DNA of 64,000 nucleotides from an uncultured Bacteroidales bacterium (lineage in GTDB: Bacteria; Bacteroidota; Bacteroidia; Bacteroidales; UBA7960). The translations under genes and the position numbers were made by a program. Under the pieces are notes generated by a model that did not search any database, had not been told where the DNA came from, and saw only the letters and a list, made by a program, of their open reading frames with translations. Every line of letters begins with the position of its first letter. The stretch's first letter is position 1. The stretch covers positions 22,038 to 86,037 of the forward strand of contig CAYXEH010000002.1 in the NCBI GenBank assembly GCA_964463915.1. The letters run 5' to 3'. Of this stretch, positions 40,449 through 50,262 are shown piece by piece.

Positions 40449-41984
40449 CTACTGCGATTGATCCAAAAATGTCTCAAAAAAACGGCGTACCTGGTACACA
40501 TCTTTCAGGCTGTAGTTTGCGGCTGTATCCTGCCCCCGGTTCTCTACCAGGATGCCGGTCCCTTTTCCCTGCAATGCCCTGAAAGCATCCTCGTCGGTCA
40601 CATCATCCCCGATAAAAACAGGCAGCACATCCTCATTTTTATCCAACCCGAGTGCTTCAAGTATCCACAACACGGCCTTTCCCTTGTGCCAGTCAATATC
40701 AGGTTTGAGCTCCACCACCATCTTCCCCTCCCCTGTTTTCAACCCGTCGAAGTGATCCAGCATTTTATCCACCACCTCAAACACATACGGCACATCTTTT
40801 TCCGGGGCATTCCTGTAATGTACCGCAATGGCATAGCGTTTACGGTCGATCTGTACCCCTTCCGCTTTGCCGTCAAAAAGCGCATGAAGTGATTCTTCGA
40901 CCTTATCAAGCAGTTTCACCACCTGCTCTCCTTTCTCATGTTCTTTATATAAACCATCCGGCCCGGAAATGACAAATCCATGGCTGCCGGAGTAGATGAT
41001 GTTGTCCAACTGAATAAAGTTTTTCACGTCATCCAGGTCGCGTCCTGTGACCACAGCAACGGTATACCTGGCAGCCAACCGCTTAAGGGTTTCCCGCATC
41101 TCGTCAGAGATCACTGCATCCTCAGGTCGCTGCACAATGGGGGTAAGCGTGCCGTCATAATCGAGAAAAAAAGCAGGGGTTTTTCCAGCTACCTCATCAA
41201 AAAACCGGGCATCTTCAGCGAAAATCATGGGCCTTGACGCCTTAAAATATGACAGGATGCTTTCATTTTTTGTCAGAGAGAAATCCTTGAAGTCTGCGAT
41301 GGCTATATCCGCGCCATGATCAAGTAAATCCTGTTTATTGTCAAAGCGGGCCACTCCAACCACAAGTCCGAAAAAACCGCTTGCGCCGGCCTGTACGCCG
41401 GATATTGCATCCTCAAACACCACACTTCTGGTCGGGCAGGCACCCAGCTCAAGGGTGGCTTCCACGAAAATATCCGGATCCGGCTTCCCACGCAGGCCTC
41501 TTTCTTCAGATACCTTTCCGTCTACCCTAACGTCAAATAACTGATCGATACCTGCCTGTTCAATGATCATTTTACAATTCTTACTGGAAGAAACGATGGC
41601 GGTTTTAAAGCCTTCTCTTCGCCACTGACGGATCTTTTCCACCACGTGGGGATAGGTTTCCACTCCCTCCTCCTTAACGACTTTGTTGAAGATTTCATTT
41701 TTTTTATTGCCCAGGGCACAGACCGTTTCATCTCCGGGCGGATCATCCGGTCCGCCGAAAGGCAAACTGATATCTCTCGAGGCAAGGAAGCTCTTTACCC
41801 CTTCATAACGGGGTTTTCCATCAATATAACGGGAATAATCGCCAGGTTTTACGGGATCCTGCCCATCCCTGGATTTCAAAAATTCATTAAAGAGCTCTTC
41901 CCAGGCCTTCTCATGTGTGGAACGGGTTTGGGTGATCACCCCGTCAAGATCAAATATCAACGCATCAATGTATTCACTAGCCAT
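40449..41984 (-). CDS. fusion of a beta-phosphoglucomutase-family HAD hydrolase with a trehalose-phosphatase domain
   Basis: Two independent HAD motif-I sites: ALIFDLDGVITQT (beta-PGM-like N-half with KPDPDIF) and AFFLDYDGTLTPI (T6PP-like C-half with VAVVTGRD and FIGDDVTDEDAF). Confidence 0.8.
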   Translation of the reverse strand: MASEYIDALIFDLDGVITQTRSTHEKAWEELFNEFLKSRDGQDPVKPGDYSRYIDGKPRYEGVKSFLASRDISLPFGGPDDPPGDETVCALGNKKNEIFNKVVKEEGVETYPHVVEKIRQWRREGFKTAIVSSSKNCKMIIEQAGIDQLFDVRVDGKVSEERGLRGKPDPDIFVEATLELGACPTRSVVFEDAISGVQAGASGFFGLVVGVARFDNKQDLLDHGADIAIADFKDFSLTKNESILSYFKASRPMIFAEDARFFDEVAGKTPAFFLDYDGTLTPIVQRPEDAVISDEMRETLKRLAARYTVAVVTGRDLDDVKNFIQLDNIIYSGSHGFVISGPDGLYKEHEKGEQVVKLLDKVEESLHALFDGKAEGVQIDRKRYAIAVHYRNAPEKDVPYVFEVVDKMLDHFDGLKTGEGKMVVELKPDIDWHKGKAVLWILEALGLDKNEDVLPVFIGDDVTDEDAFRALQGKGTGILVENRGQDTAANYSLKDVYQVRRFFETFLDQSQ

Positions 41985-42266
41985 ATGTCATATATTTATG
42001 TGCCTAACTATATCCGGAATAATTGATTCTGCACAAACCCGTTTGAAGCCTGTGGCAGAAAAACACCTAAATATAATCATTTTATATTAATTTATCTACG
42101 CCAATCCATTCATAAGCCATGCCAATGTATTATGTTATGCTTAAAAGAATATATATGCCGTTTTGCAGAAAAAAATAGCGTCATAAAATACCTGTGAGGG
42201 GAAAAAAATCCGGATATGTGAAATAATTTCCACAAATCAGGATCTCTGCTCAAACAGGTTAAAAAA

Positions 42267-45200
42267 TCAATTCCGGAGATCGGTATCTCCCAGAGAGTCC
42301 CGTCGTATCCTCTGCAATATCTTAAGCGGAATAACCATATAATCCGGATCATCCTGCATAAAGAGTTTCAGTTCATGAACTGCCTTTTCATACATATAAA
42401 TATTCAGCAGGTCCTGAAATTGTTTTTCATTTCCGGGAATCAGGTCTGCGGGACGGGCTGTATCCATATAGGCAGACAAAAACCTGTCAGCCACCCTATG
42501 ATACCAAAGTTCCAGGATCGTTAGCAAAGAATAGCCATCTGACGGAATAAACTCCATCCTGGAAAAGTAACCTTTGTAGATGGAAAAGTGGAATGAACTG
42601 AGCAGGGAAGCCACATCCTTCACCGGGCTGTGTTTGATCCGGCGCACACTCCATTCCCGCTCCAGTTCACCTTCAAAATTAATGAACTTAAAATCCTTAC
42701 CGGTAAACAACACCTTGTCCAGCTTATAGTTGCCGTGTAGGCGCACCTTCATTCCGTCAATTTTCCCGTTTTCAAGTATGGAACGGGCAGCCGAGAGAAA
42801 AAGATCTTCTGACTCAAGTACCTGGAGAAGCAGATCACGGTGTTTTTCCGGATACCCGGACGCCGATCTGATCTCATTGAAGGTTCTCCGGGTAAAGCTT
42901 CTCAGTGACTGATACAGCGACTTCTGGTAAAGCAATGAAAACTTCTCAGGCCGGAAATGGAAGTTGTCTTTCAGGGAAGCAAGCGCCAGATGCATTTCAG
43001 CAGTGCGCTGCCCAAGCAGTGAAGCCATTTCCAGGTAAAAAGGGCCAATGAGTTCATCGAGCTGTGCCGCATCAGGACCGGTCGTCTGGCTGAAATTCTC
43101 TCTTTCCGACAACAATTTATCGAAAAAACGATCGATGGAAGTTTGTGTCATATCCCAGGCGGTTCCCACGTTGGGGATCAGCTCCATCAACAGCGCCATA
43201 GAGGTATTTTCCATTTGGGAGCTCCTGTATTCGAGTCTTCCCAAATAGGAAGGAATATGGGTAAAGCTCGTATGACGGGTCAGGTTTTTCATAATCTCCA
43301 CCTCCGGGTTCTCACCCTCCTGCGGACTGCGGTAAATTTTTAAGAAGAAGTTATCCCCATAAACTACGGAAGAATTGGTATGCTTGGAGGTGATCAGGTG
43401 GGGGGACAGGCTGGTGCTGTCGTTAAGAAGCTTTTTCAGGCGGCTGCCCGATTTTCCTTTGATAATCCCATGTAAACCTTTCAGCTGTGATCGTCTGCGA
43501 AGAAGGTCAAATAACACTTCATGCAGTTTTTTGTCCACTGATCCATCATAAATCACTCCCTCCGTTCCATCAACCACAAGGGGAGCTATCACCGAATCCG
43601 GATAATAGGTCTTGATCCAGTTGGCCCGGTTATTCAGCGCCAGTGATACCGGCATCAGGTAAATATCATTGGCTGCTTCAATCAGGTCAAGCCGGACAAT
43701 GAAGAGCCAGGGAGCGCCGGCACGGTTTTCCACATGAATCACATCAAGCACCTCAATGTTGCGCAGCTTTCTTGTGTCGCCGCTGAACCATTTAATCTGC
43801 ACAAGGTAATCATACAGGTTATTCTTTACAGTATGCTGCAGTTCTTCCGTCATGTGATCCCATTCTTTCTGGCTGAAATCCAGGCGCTGATTATCACGGG
43901 CAATTCCCGGGAACAATTTCTTGCCGGGTGGCCTGAGTTCAAACCAGAAATAATTCTTGAACTGCATGGAAAAGGACCAGGGTTCATCAGATATCACTGG
44001 AAATTCATTGCGGCTGAATACCTCCACAGGAGTGTTGCCGGCAAAATCCGAAAGATCCAGTTCCACATGCTGGGAATAGCGGGAGAGGTTCACTACAACC
44101 AATATTGTCTCATCCCCGAAAGCACGGATAAAGGCCAGTATTTTCGGATTATTGGTATTTACAAATTGCAGGGACCCCCGCCCAAAAGCCTTATATTGAC
44201 GTCGTTTGGCTATGACCCGCCTTTTCCACCACAGAAAAGAGGAAGGGTTCTTTTCCTGGTTCTCTACATTGACAGAGGTATAATGATGATGGGGATCAAT
44301 GACCAGTGGGAGAAAAAGTTGCTGTGGATCCGCGTTGGAGAACCCGGCATTTTTGTCCGGTGACCACTGCATGGGCGTCCGGACCCCGTCCCTGTCTCCC
44401 AGGTAATAGTTATCACCCATTCCGATCTCATCACCATAATAAATAATGGGGGTTCCCGGTAATGAAAGTAAAAGCACATTCAGCACCTCGATGGTCCGCG
44501 TATCACCGCCAAGCAAGGGAAATAACCGTCTGCGAATTCCCACGTTCACCCTTTTGCGCGGATCCTTGGCAAAGGCCCGGTACATGTAATCGCGCTCTTC
44601 ATCCGTGACCATTTCAAGGGTCAGTTCATCGTGATTGCGCAGGAAAGTGGCCCACTGACAGTTTTCTGGGATATCCGGCGTTTGTTCCAGTATATCCACC
44701 ACCGGGAAACGGTCTTCCATCCGAAGGGCCATAAATAAACGCGGCATCACCGGAAAGTGAAAAGCCATATGGCACTCATCCCCGTCACCAAAATATTCAC
44801 GGGCATCACCGGGCCATTGATTGGCCTCGGCCAGCAACAACCGGTTATCATACCGGTCGTCCACATGTTTTCGGAGTTTTTTCAGGTAGGCATGGGTTTC
44901 GGGCAGGTTCTCGCAATTGGTTCCCTCGGCCTCATAGAGATAAGGAACAGCATCCAGCCTGAAGCCGTCCACGCCTATCTGAAACCAGAAGTCCAGCACC
45001 TTCAGGATCTCTTGCTGCACCCTCGGATTTTCAAAATTGAGGTCAGGTTGGTGGGAATAGAAACGATGCCAGTAATAGGCCCCGGCCATATGATCATATG
45101 TCCAGTTCGACACCTCAAAGTCCTGGAAAATGATGCGGGCATCCGCGTATTTGTCCGGATCATCGCTCCAAACATAGAAATCCCGGGCCACACTGCCCGG

Positions 45201-45566
45201 TTTTGCCCTACGGGCCCGCTGAAACCATTTATGTTCGGAAGAGGTATGGTTCAACACCAGTTCTGTAATAATACGCAACCCTCTTTTGTGGGCCTCTTTG
45301 ACAAAGCGTTTGAAATCAGCAAGGGTTCCGTAATCAGGATGAATGCCGGTAAACGCTGCAATGTCATAGCCTCCGTCGCGCAAGGGAGAAGGGTAAAAGG
45401 GAAGCAGCCAAATGGTATTGACCCCGAGATTCTCAATGTAATCCAGCTTTTTGATCAATCCCTTGAAGTCACCAATTCCATCCCCGTCACTGTCATAAAA
45501 AGAACGGACGTGCAACTGGTAAATGATCGCATCTTTATACCAATAGGGCTCTCTTTTAACTGTCAT
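42267..45566 (-). CDS. treS: trehalose synthase (maltose alpha-D-glucosyltransferase) fused to a maltokinase-like domain
   Basis: GH13 N-half ([36 protein letters not shown]). About 550-aa C-terminal extension of the Pep2/Mak type. 1099 aa. Confidence 0.9.
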   Translation of the reverse strand: MTVKREPYWYKDAIIYQLHVRSFYDSDGDGIGDFKGLIKKLDYIENLGVNTIWLLPFYPSPLRDGGYDIAAFTGIHPDYGTLADFKRFVKEAHKRGLRIITELVLNHTSSEHKWFQRARRAKPGSVARDFYVWSDDPDKYADARIIFQDFEVSNWTYDHMAGAYYWHRFYSHQPDLNFENPRVQQEILKVLDFWFQIGVDGFRLDAVPYLYEAEGTNCENLPETHAYLKKLRKHVDDRYDNRLLLAEANQWPGDAREYFGDGDECHMAFHFPVMPRLFMALRMEDRFPVVDILEQTPDIPENCQWATFLRNHDELTLEMVTDEERDYMYRAFAKDPRKRVNVGIRRRLFPLLGGDTRTIEVLNVLLLSLPGTPIIYYGDEIGMGDNYYLGDRDGVRTPMQWSPDKNAGFSNADPQQLFLPLVIDPHHHYTSVNVENQEKNPSSFLWWKRRVIAKRRQYKAFGRGSLQFVNTNNPKILAFIRAFGDETILVVVNLSRYSQHVELDLSDFAGNTPVEVFSRNEFPVISDEPWSFSMQFKNYFWFELRPPGKKLFPGIARDNQRLDFSQKEWDHMTEELQHTVKNNLYDYLVQIKWFSGDTRKLRNIEVLDVIHVENRAGAPWLFIVRLDLIEAANDIYLMPVSLALNNRANWIKTYYPDSVIAPLVVDGTEGVIYDGSVDKKLHEVLFDLLRRRSQLKGLHGIIKGKSGSRLKKLLNDSTSLSPHLITSKHTNSSVVYGDNFFLKIYRSPQEGENPEVEIMKNLTRHTSFTHIPSYLGRLEYRSSQMENTSMALLMELIPNVGTAWDMTQTSIDRFFDKLLSERENFSQTTGPDAAQLDELIGPFYLEMASLLGQRTAEMHLALASLKDNFHFRPEKFSLLYQKSLYQSLRSFTRRTFNEIRSASGYPEKHRDLLLQVLESEDLFLSAARSILENGKIDGMKVRLHGNYKLDKVLFTGKDFKFINFEGELEREWSVRRIKHSPVKDVASLLSSFHFSIYKGYFSRMEFIPSDGYSLLTILELWYHRVADRFLSAYMDTARPADLIPGNEKQFQDLLNIYMYEKAVHELKLFMQDDPDYMVIPLKILQRIRRDSLGDTDLRN

Positions 45567-45804
45567 AAATTATAATGATAATGTAAGAAAAATTGTGATA
45601 ACAGCAGTATTGGAGACATCGTATTCCTGCTGGTCATGAAAAAAAATGCCGGACTTTACCAGGCTTTACAAAGTTAAAAAACTTCTGATGCATCACACCA
45701 ACCAGATAACAGACAATTCGAGTTGGATTCAGAAAGAATCAAAAAATGGAAGTCTTTACACTCCCGTGCACCAGGGTTCTATACCCGTTGCCATGGTTAT
45801 AAAC

Positions 45805-45836
45805 AGAAAGGGACCACCCGCAGGCAGCCCCTTTCT
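45805..45836 (-). terminator. possible terminator hairpin downstream of the outer-membrane protein gene
   Basis: agaaaggg-(16 nt)-ccctttct inverted repeat, 22 nt beyond the stop codon of the 45858..48713 gene. Confidence 0.35.
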
Positions 45837-45857
45837 CATCCACCAAAACCAACTCAA

Positions 45858-48713
45858 TCAATTTACATTGAAATTCCGGAGGTTATATGTAAGGGTCAAC
45901 ATGAAAAAGCGGTTCAATACATTGCTGCGCATATCTTCCACGTAATTACTGGTCACATTACGCTGCACACTCTGATTCTGGTCCAGGATGTCATACACAC
46001 CAAGGGTCAGTTCCGCCTGCCTGTTGGCAAGGAACTTACGCCCCAGATTCAAATTCCATAACCAGTAGTTATCGTTGAAATCATCGCCAAGGCCACTGTA
46101 AAATAAATTACTCACATCATTTCTCAGCACCCATCCGTCTAAGAATATCCAGTTAAACTGCATCTGACTAACATGGTAAAAATAGTTGTTGTCCAGGGTC
46201 GGGCGAAGAGTGTTCTCCACAATATTGTAATTCAGATTATACGAGAGGCTGAAATCTACATTGGGGTTTATATTACTGCTAAGAACCACACCGCTGTTGG
46301 TATTGTAGGAATTGGCAATATTCTCCTGATTATTGATCAGGCCAGGGGTGCGTGAATATGCCAGTCCTGCGGTGATATTCATATTGCTCCGGATAAAAGT
46401 CAACGGAAAGCCATAATTAACCATTGAACGTATATTGGCATGGCCACCCATGTTGACCGGCTGTGTGTACTGGGCACCGCGAGGCAGATTATAGCCGTTC
46501 TCAAGTACAGTGTCAGTTGGGGCGATAAAAGTGGCATTCCCAATATAATTGTTGGTTATATTGCCAAAAACAGATGCGAAAAAAGTGCGGGAATCCACCA
46601 GATTGGTATGGTTGTAACGTGCAGTAAAAAAGTGGCTATAGCTTTGTTCCAGTTCAGGATTTCCGCTACTGAGCAGCAGCGGATTGGAGTTGTCAACCAC
46701 ATCCTGCAGCTGGGTCGCAGAAGGGGCATTGGTAAATGTCCGGTACATCAGCCGGAGGGTTTTTTCTTTGGAATAATTATAGGTAAAGTGCAACATGGGA
46801 ATAACATTCCTGAAGGAATGATCCACCACTGCTTCGTAAGGAAGCAGCTGTTCAGACGAAAGATCTGCCTGCTGATAGGATACCTCAGCCAGGAAATTGT
46901 ATCGCTCGCCCCGTAAACGGTAACCAAGGCCCACGCGATTGGTCAGGTACCCGTTGGTCAGGTCGTTCGACAAGTCATCTTCAAACAAGCTGTAAGACTC
47001 CCGGAGAATATCATAACTGTTGGTCATCCGGTCTGATTCATTATTTGAAAATGAAACATTGTAAGACAACTGTAGCATGCCATTTTCCGTAACCGGCTCT
47101 GTATAGGTCAGGTTGGTGGAGAGGGAGTAACTGTCCGCGCCGGAATCCGATTGTTGGTCCACAAGATCTTCTACAAAGACCGGCCCTTCATAGTATTGAC
47201 TTAAGGCGTCAAGAAAATACAGGTATTCATTGTTGTTCATATTCATATTCAGCCTTGTGGAGAGAGAGCGTCCGTTGTCATTCAAACGGGCACGATAAGA
47301 AATGTTATTGGAAAAAGAATACCCGTCCCAGTCCCTGTCATACGCTGTCATGGATTGGTTCAGCAGTTCATTGGTTTGCATCAGTGTCGTTGCCTCCGAT
47401 AGGCTTTCCGAAGTTGTTTGCTGCATACTGAAACGAGGACTTACAATGATCCTGTGATTGTCATTGATGGCATAATCAATACGACCGCTGAAACGGTGGT
47501 TCTGGTTGGATCGCTCGGATTGATCAAGGGCAGAATAATACTGCGAATTATTGCCATCAAGGAAGTACTGCCGGTCGCTGAACTCTTCCGATTCATTGGA
47601 GGAACCGTTAAAAAAATAACTGCCGTTCACCTCTGCCTTTTCACCCCATACGTCAGCATAATTAATCCCCAGGGCATGAGTTGTATTGTTTCCACTTTGC
47701 TGCCCGATCAGGAAGTCACCACGGTTAATACTGCCGCCACCAGGAGGACGTCCGCCGCCACCACGCATTCCTCCACCACCTCCTCTTCTGCCTCCCCCTC
47801 CGGAACTCATAAAACCGGAAAGGTCTTCACTGGTAAAATTCTGCTGGTTGATGTTATTGCTCATCCCGATAATGGAGATGCGCCGCTGATCCATAAAAAT
47901 ATTGGTCACAAGCCCGGCCTGGTAGCGGTCGGTATCCCCGTATCCGGAATAAACCCTACCGAACTGGCCGCTGCGGCGGTCAAGACGGGTCACAATGTTG
48001 ACCGTTTTGGTGCGATCACCATCATCAAATCCCGTCAATAACGACTGGTCACTTTGCTGATCATATACCTCAATTTCGTCAACCATTTCGGCCGGGATAT
48101 TTCGAAGGGCAATATTGGGATCGTCACCAAAAAATTCACGGCCGTCCACCAGGACTTGCTGTACTTCTTCTCCCTGTGCGGTAACTCCGGTTACGTCCAC
48201 AGTAATACCAGGCATGCGCCTTACCAGGTCTTCGGTACTGGCATCGGGATTGGTGGTAAAAGCATCCGCATTATACTGGATGGTATCTCCCCGCTGCTGG
48301 GCTGTAATTGCTCTTCCGGTAATGGTTATTTCACGAAGCATGGCATCTGTCATCGCCAGCTTAATGTCCTCCAGTTCATTCACATCCTCCCGAACCTGCA
48401 CCAGGGTTTCAAAAGGCCTGAAGCCCAAATAGGTGGCCCGCAAAATATATGTCCCCATGGGTAAACGCAACTGGTAGTTGCCTTCTATGTCAGCCGCTGT
48501 ACTAAATACCCGGGTGGTGTCACGCGTATGGGTAAAAAACAGGTGAGCCCCGGGAAGTGGCCGGTCATCCATCTGATCCATAACCACTCCGTGCACGAGT
48601 ACTTCTCTGGCCTGTTCCCTCCCGGCCTGCCTCCGGCCCTGTCCTTGCTGACGCTGTCCGAAAACAGTGTTTGCAGAAGCAACAATCAATATAACCAAGA
48701 GGATCTGCTTCAT
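45858..48713 (-). CDS. CarboxypepD_reg-domain outer-membrane beta-barrel / TonB-dependent-receptor-like protein
   Basis: Signal peptide MKQILLVILIVASANTVFGQ. CarboxypepD_reg-like VHGVVMDQMDDRPLPGAHLFF. Plug-like segment, Gly/Arg-rich insert, long barrel ending ...LRNFNVN. Confidence 0.8.
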   Translation of the reverse strand: MKQILLVILIVASANTVFGQRQQGQGRRQAGREQAREVLVHGVVMDQMDDRPLPGAHLFFTHTRDTTRVFSTAADIEGNYQLRLPMGTYILRATYLGFRPFETLVQVREDVNELEDIKLAMTDAMLREITITGRAITAQQRGDTIQYNADAFTTNPDASTEDLVRRMPGITVDVTGVTAQGEEVQQVLVDGREFFGDDPNIALRNIPAEMVDEIEVYDQQSDQSLLTGFDDGDRTKTVNIVTRLDRRSGQFGRVYSGYGDTDRYQAGLVTNIFMDQRRISIIGMSNNINQQNFTSEDLSGFMSSGGGGRRGGGGGMRGGGGRPPGGGSINRGDFLIGQQSGNNTTHALGINYADVWGEKAEVNGSYFFNGSSNESEEFSDRQYFLDGNNSQYYSALDQSERSNQNHRFSGRIDYAINDNHRIIVSPRFSMQQTTSESLSEATTLMQTNELLNQSMTAYDRDWDGYSFSNNISYRARLNDNGRSLSTRLNMNMNNNEYLYFLDALSQYYEGPVFVEDLVDQQSDSGADSYSLSTNLTYTEPVTENGMLQLSYNVSFSNNESDRMTNSYDILRESYSLFEDDLSNDLTNGYLTNRVGLGYRLRGERYNFLAEVSYQQADLSSEQLLPYEAVVDHSFRNVIPMLHFTYNYSKEKTLRLMYRTFTNAPSATQLQDVVDNSNPLLLSSGNPELEQSYSHFFTARYNHTNLVDSRTFFASVFGNITNNYIGNATFIAPTDTVLENGYNLPRGAQYTQPVNMGGHANIRSMVNYGFPLTFIRSNMNITAGLAYSRTPGLINNQENIANSYNTNSGVVLSSNINPNVDFSLSYNLNYNIVENTLRPTLDNNYFYHVSQMQFNWIFLDGWVLRNDVSNLFYSGLGDDFNDNYWLWNLNLGRKFLANRQAELTLGVYDILDQNQSVQRNVTSNYVEDMRSNVLNRFFMLTLTYNLRNFNVN

Positions 48714-48914
48714 TTCATAAAGAATTGGAGAATGGTTTCATGTCAAAGAGGTCTATTAAGAACAATTGTTGGACAACCATTAACGGATTTAGTTTAACGC
48801 AGATGCTGGTTTTTATTAAATTTCTTCTTAATCACACAATTGTTTATTTTAGCAGTGTATTCAAGGCTTTATCACACGATTTTCCTGAAAAGACGAAACT
48901 GATTCATTCAAACA

Positions 48915-50075
48915 ATGAAGCTCCCAAAAGACAGAGAGAACGATTACTCAAGAGAGGTAATGGAGGCCAGGGCTGAATTCCTCGCAAAAATGAGTGGCCA
49001 GAAAATCGACTATCTGCACAACAGCGTAATAGACCCGGAACTGGCCAGGGGTAACATTGAAAACATCATCGGGTTTGCCCAGCTGCCGGTCGGGGTGATC
49101 GGGCCACTCACAATCAATGGTGAACATACCGATGGCGACCTGTATGTCCCTTTAGGCACCTCGGAAGGCGCACTTGTGGCATCTTACAACCGTGGTGCAA
49201 GAGCAATCAGCTTATCCGGTGGGGTCAATGTACTGGTTACCAAAGATCAGATTCAGCGGGCGCCCTATTTTATCCTGGAAAATGTATTCAGGGCAAAAGA
49301 TTTTACAACGTGGCTGGCAGCCAATTTTGACAAACTCAGGGAAGTGACCGGGCAGTCGACCAACCATGGAAAGTTAACTGGTTATAGTACCTATATCCAT
49401 GGCCGCATAGTGTATGTGAGGCTGGAGTTCTCCTCCGGCGATGCCATGGGAATGAATATGATCACCAGGGCGTCTCAGGATATCTGCCAGTTCATTCAGG
49501 CACATTATCCCATCCAGGGCTATGCCATCGAAAGCAATATGGCCGTCGATAAAAAGCCATCCCAGATCAATACAATTCTTGGCAGGGGAAAAACCGTTAC
49601 CGCAGAGGTGCTGCTGAAAGAACAGGTGATAAAACGTTTCCTCAGAACCACGGCACAGAATATTGACAATGCTTACCGGAGACAGGTGGCCGGCGGTCAG
49701 CTTGCCGGGGTAATGGGCTCCAACGGCCACCTGGCCAACGGCATTGCTGCCCTTTTCATGGCGTGTGGCCAGGATCTTGCCAATGTCAGCGAGTCCTGTG
49801 TCGGTTACATTTATTCCGAAACGATTGATAAAGATCTTTATGTTTCCCTGCATTTGCCCTCATTGGTGGTTGGCACCGTAGGAGGCGGTGTTTCCCTCCC
49901 CACCCAGAAAGAGTGCCTGAACATTATCGGGTGCCATGGTGCAGGAAAAGCCCGCCGATTCGCAGAAATCGCCGCGGCAACCCTGATGGCTGGTGAACTT
50001 TCACTGGCAGCATCCATTGTAGCCGGCGATTTTGTAACCGCCCACGAAAAATTCGGCCGGAACAGGCCGACGTAA
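48915..50075 (+). CDS. hydroxymethylglutaryl-CoA reductase
   Basis: ENIIGFAQLPVGVIGPL, TSEGALVAS and GDAMGMNMIT motifs. 386 aa, soluble catalytic domain only. Confidence 0.88.
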   Translation: MKLPKDRENDYSREVMEARAEFLAKMSGQKIDYLHNSVIDPELARGNIENIIGFAQLPVGVIGPLTINGEHTDGDLYVPLGTSEGALVASYNRGARAISLSGGVNVLVTKDQIQRAPYFILENVFRAKDFTTWLAANFDKLREVTGQSTNHGKLTGYSTYIHGRIVYVRLEFSSGDAMGMNMITRASQDICQFIQAHYPIQGYAIESNMAVDKKPSQINTILGRGKTVTAEVLLKEQVIKRFLRTTAQNIDNAYRRQVAGGQLAGVMGSNGHLANGIAALFMACGQDLANVSESCVGYIYSETIDKDLYVSLHLPSLVVGTVGGGVSLPTQKECLNIIGCHGAGKARRFAEIAAATLMAGELSLAASIVAGDFVTAHEKFGRNRPT

Positions 50076-50124
50076 CCCTTGCCGGATCTCTCTGGCACAG
50101 ACCCATCTGAATCAGACAGCCATT

Positions 50125-50168
50125 AAGTAAGGAAGCTCCCGGGGATATCCGCGGGAGCTTCTTTACTT
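50125..50168. terminator. bidirectional terminator-like hairpin between convergent genes
   Basis: aagtaaggaagctcccgggg-atat-ccgcgggagcttctttactt: 20-nt arms with 18/20 paired and a 4-nt loop. Lies between the HMG-CoA reductase (+) and M14 peptidase (-) stops. No clear U-tract. Confidence 0.6.
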
Positions 50169-50262
50169 AATGATTGTTATCACGTAATGGATTCATTGTC
50201 AGGCAACAGACTCAACCAGGCCCTTTGGGTACAAAAAACCTGGTCAATCTGTGCGTCCATGA

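Noticed and set aside
42110-42352. 80-aa minus-strand ORF in the treS / beta-PGM-fusion intergenic region
   Set aside because: It overlaps the 3' end of treS in another frame. The sequence is low-quality ([16 protein letters not shown]...) in an AT-rich region that is more plausibly the promoter of the downstream gene.
45646-46061. Two overlapping plus-strand ORFs (99 and 112 aa) downstream of treS
   Set aside because: They overlap the 3' end of the outer-membrane protein gene antisense and extend into intergenic sequence. No motifs are present.
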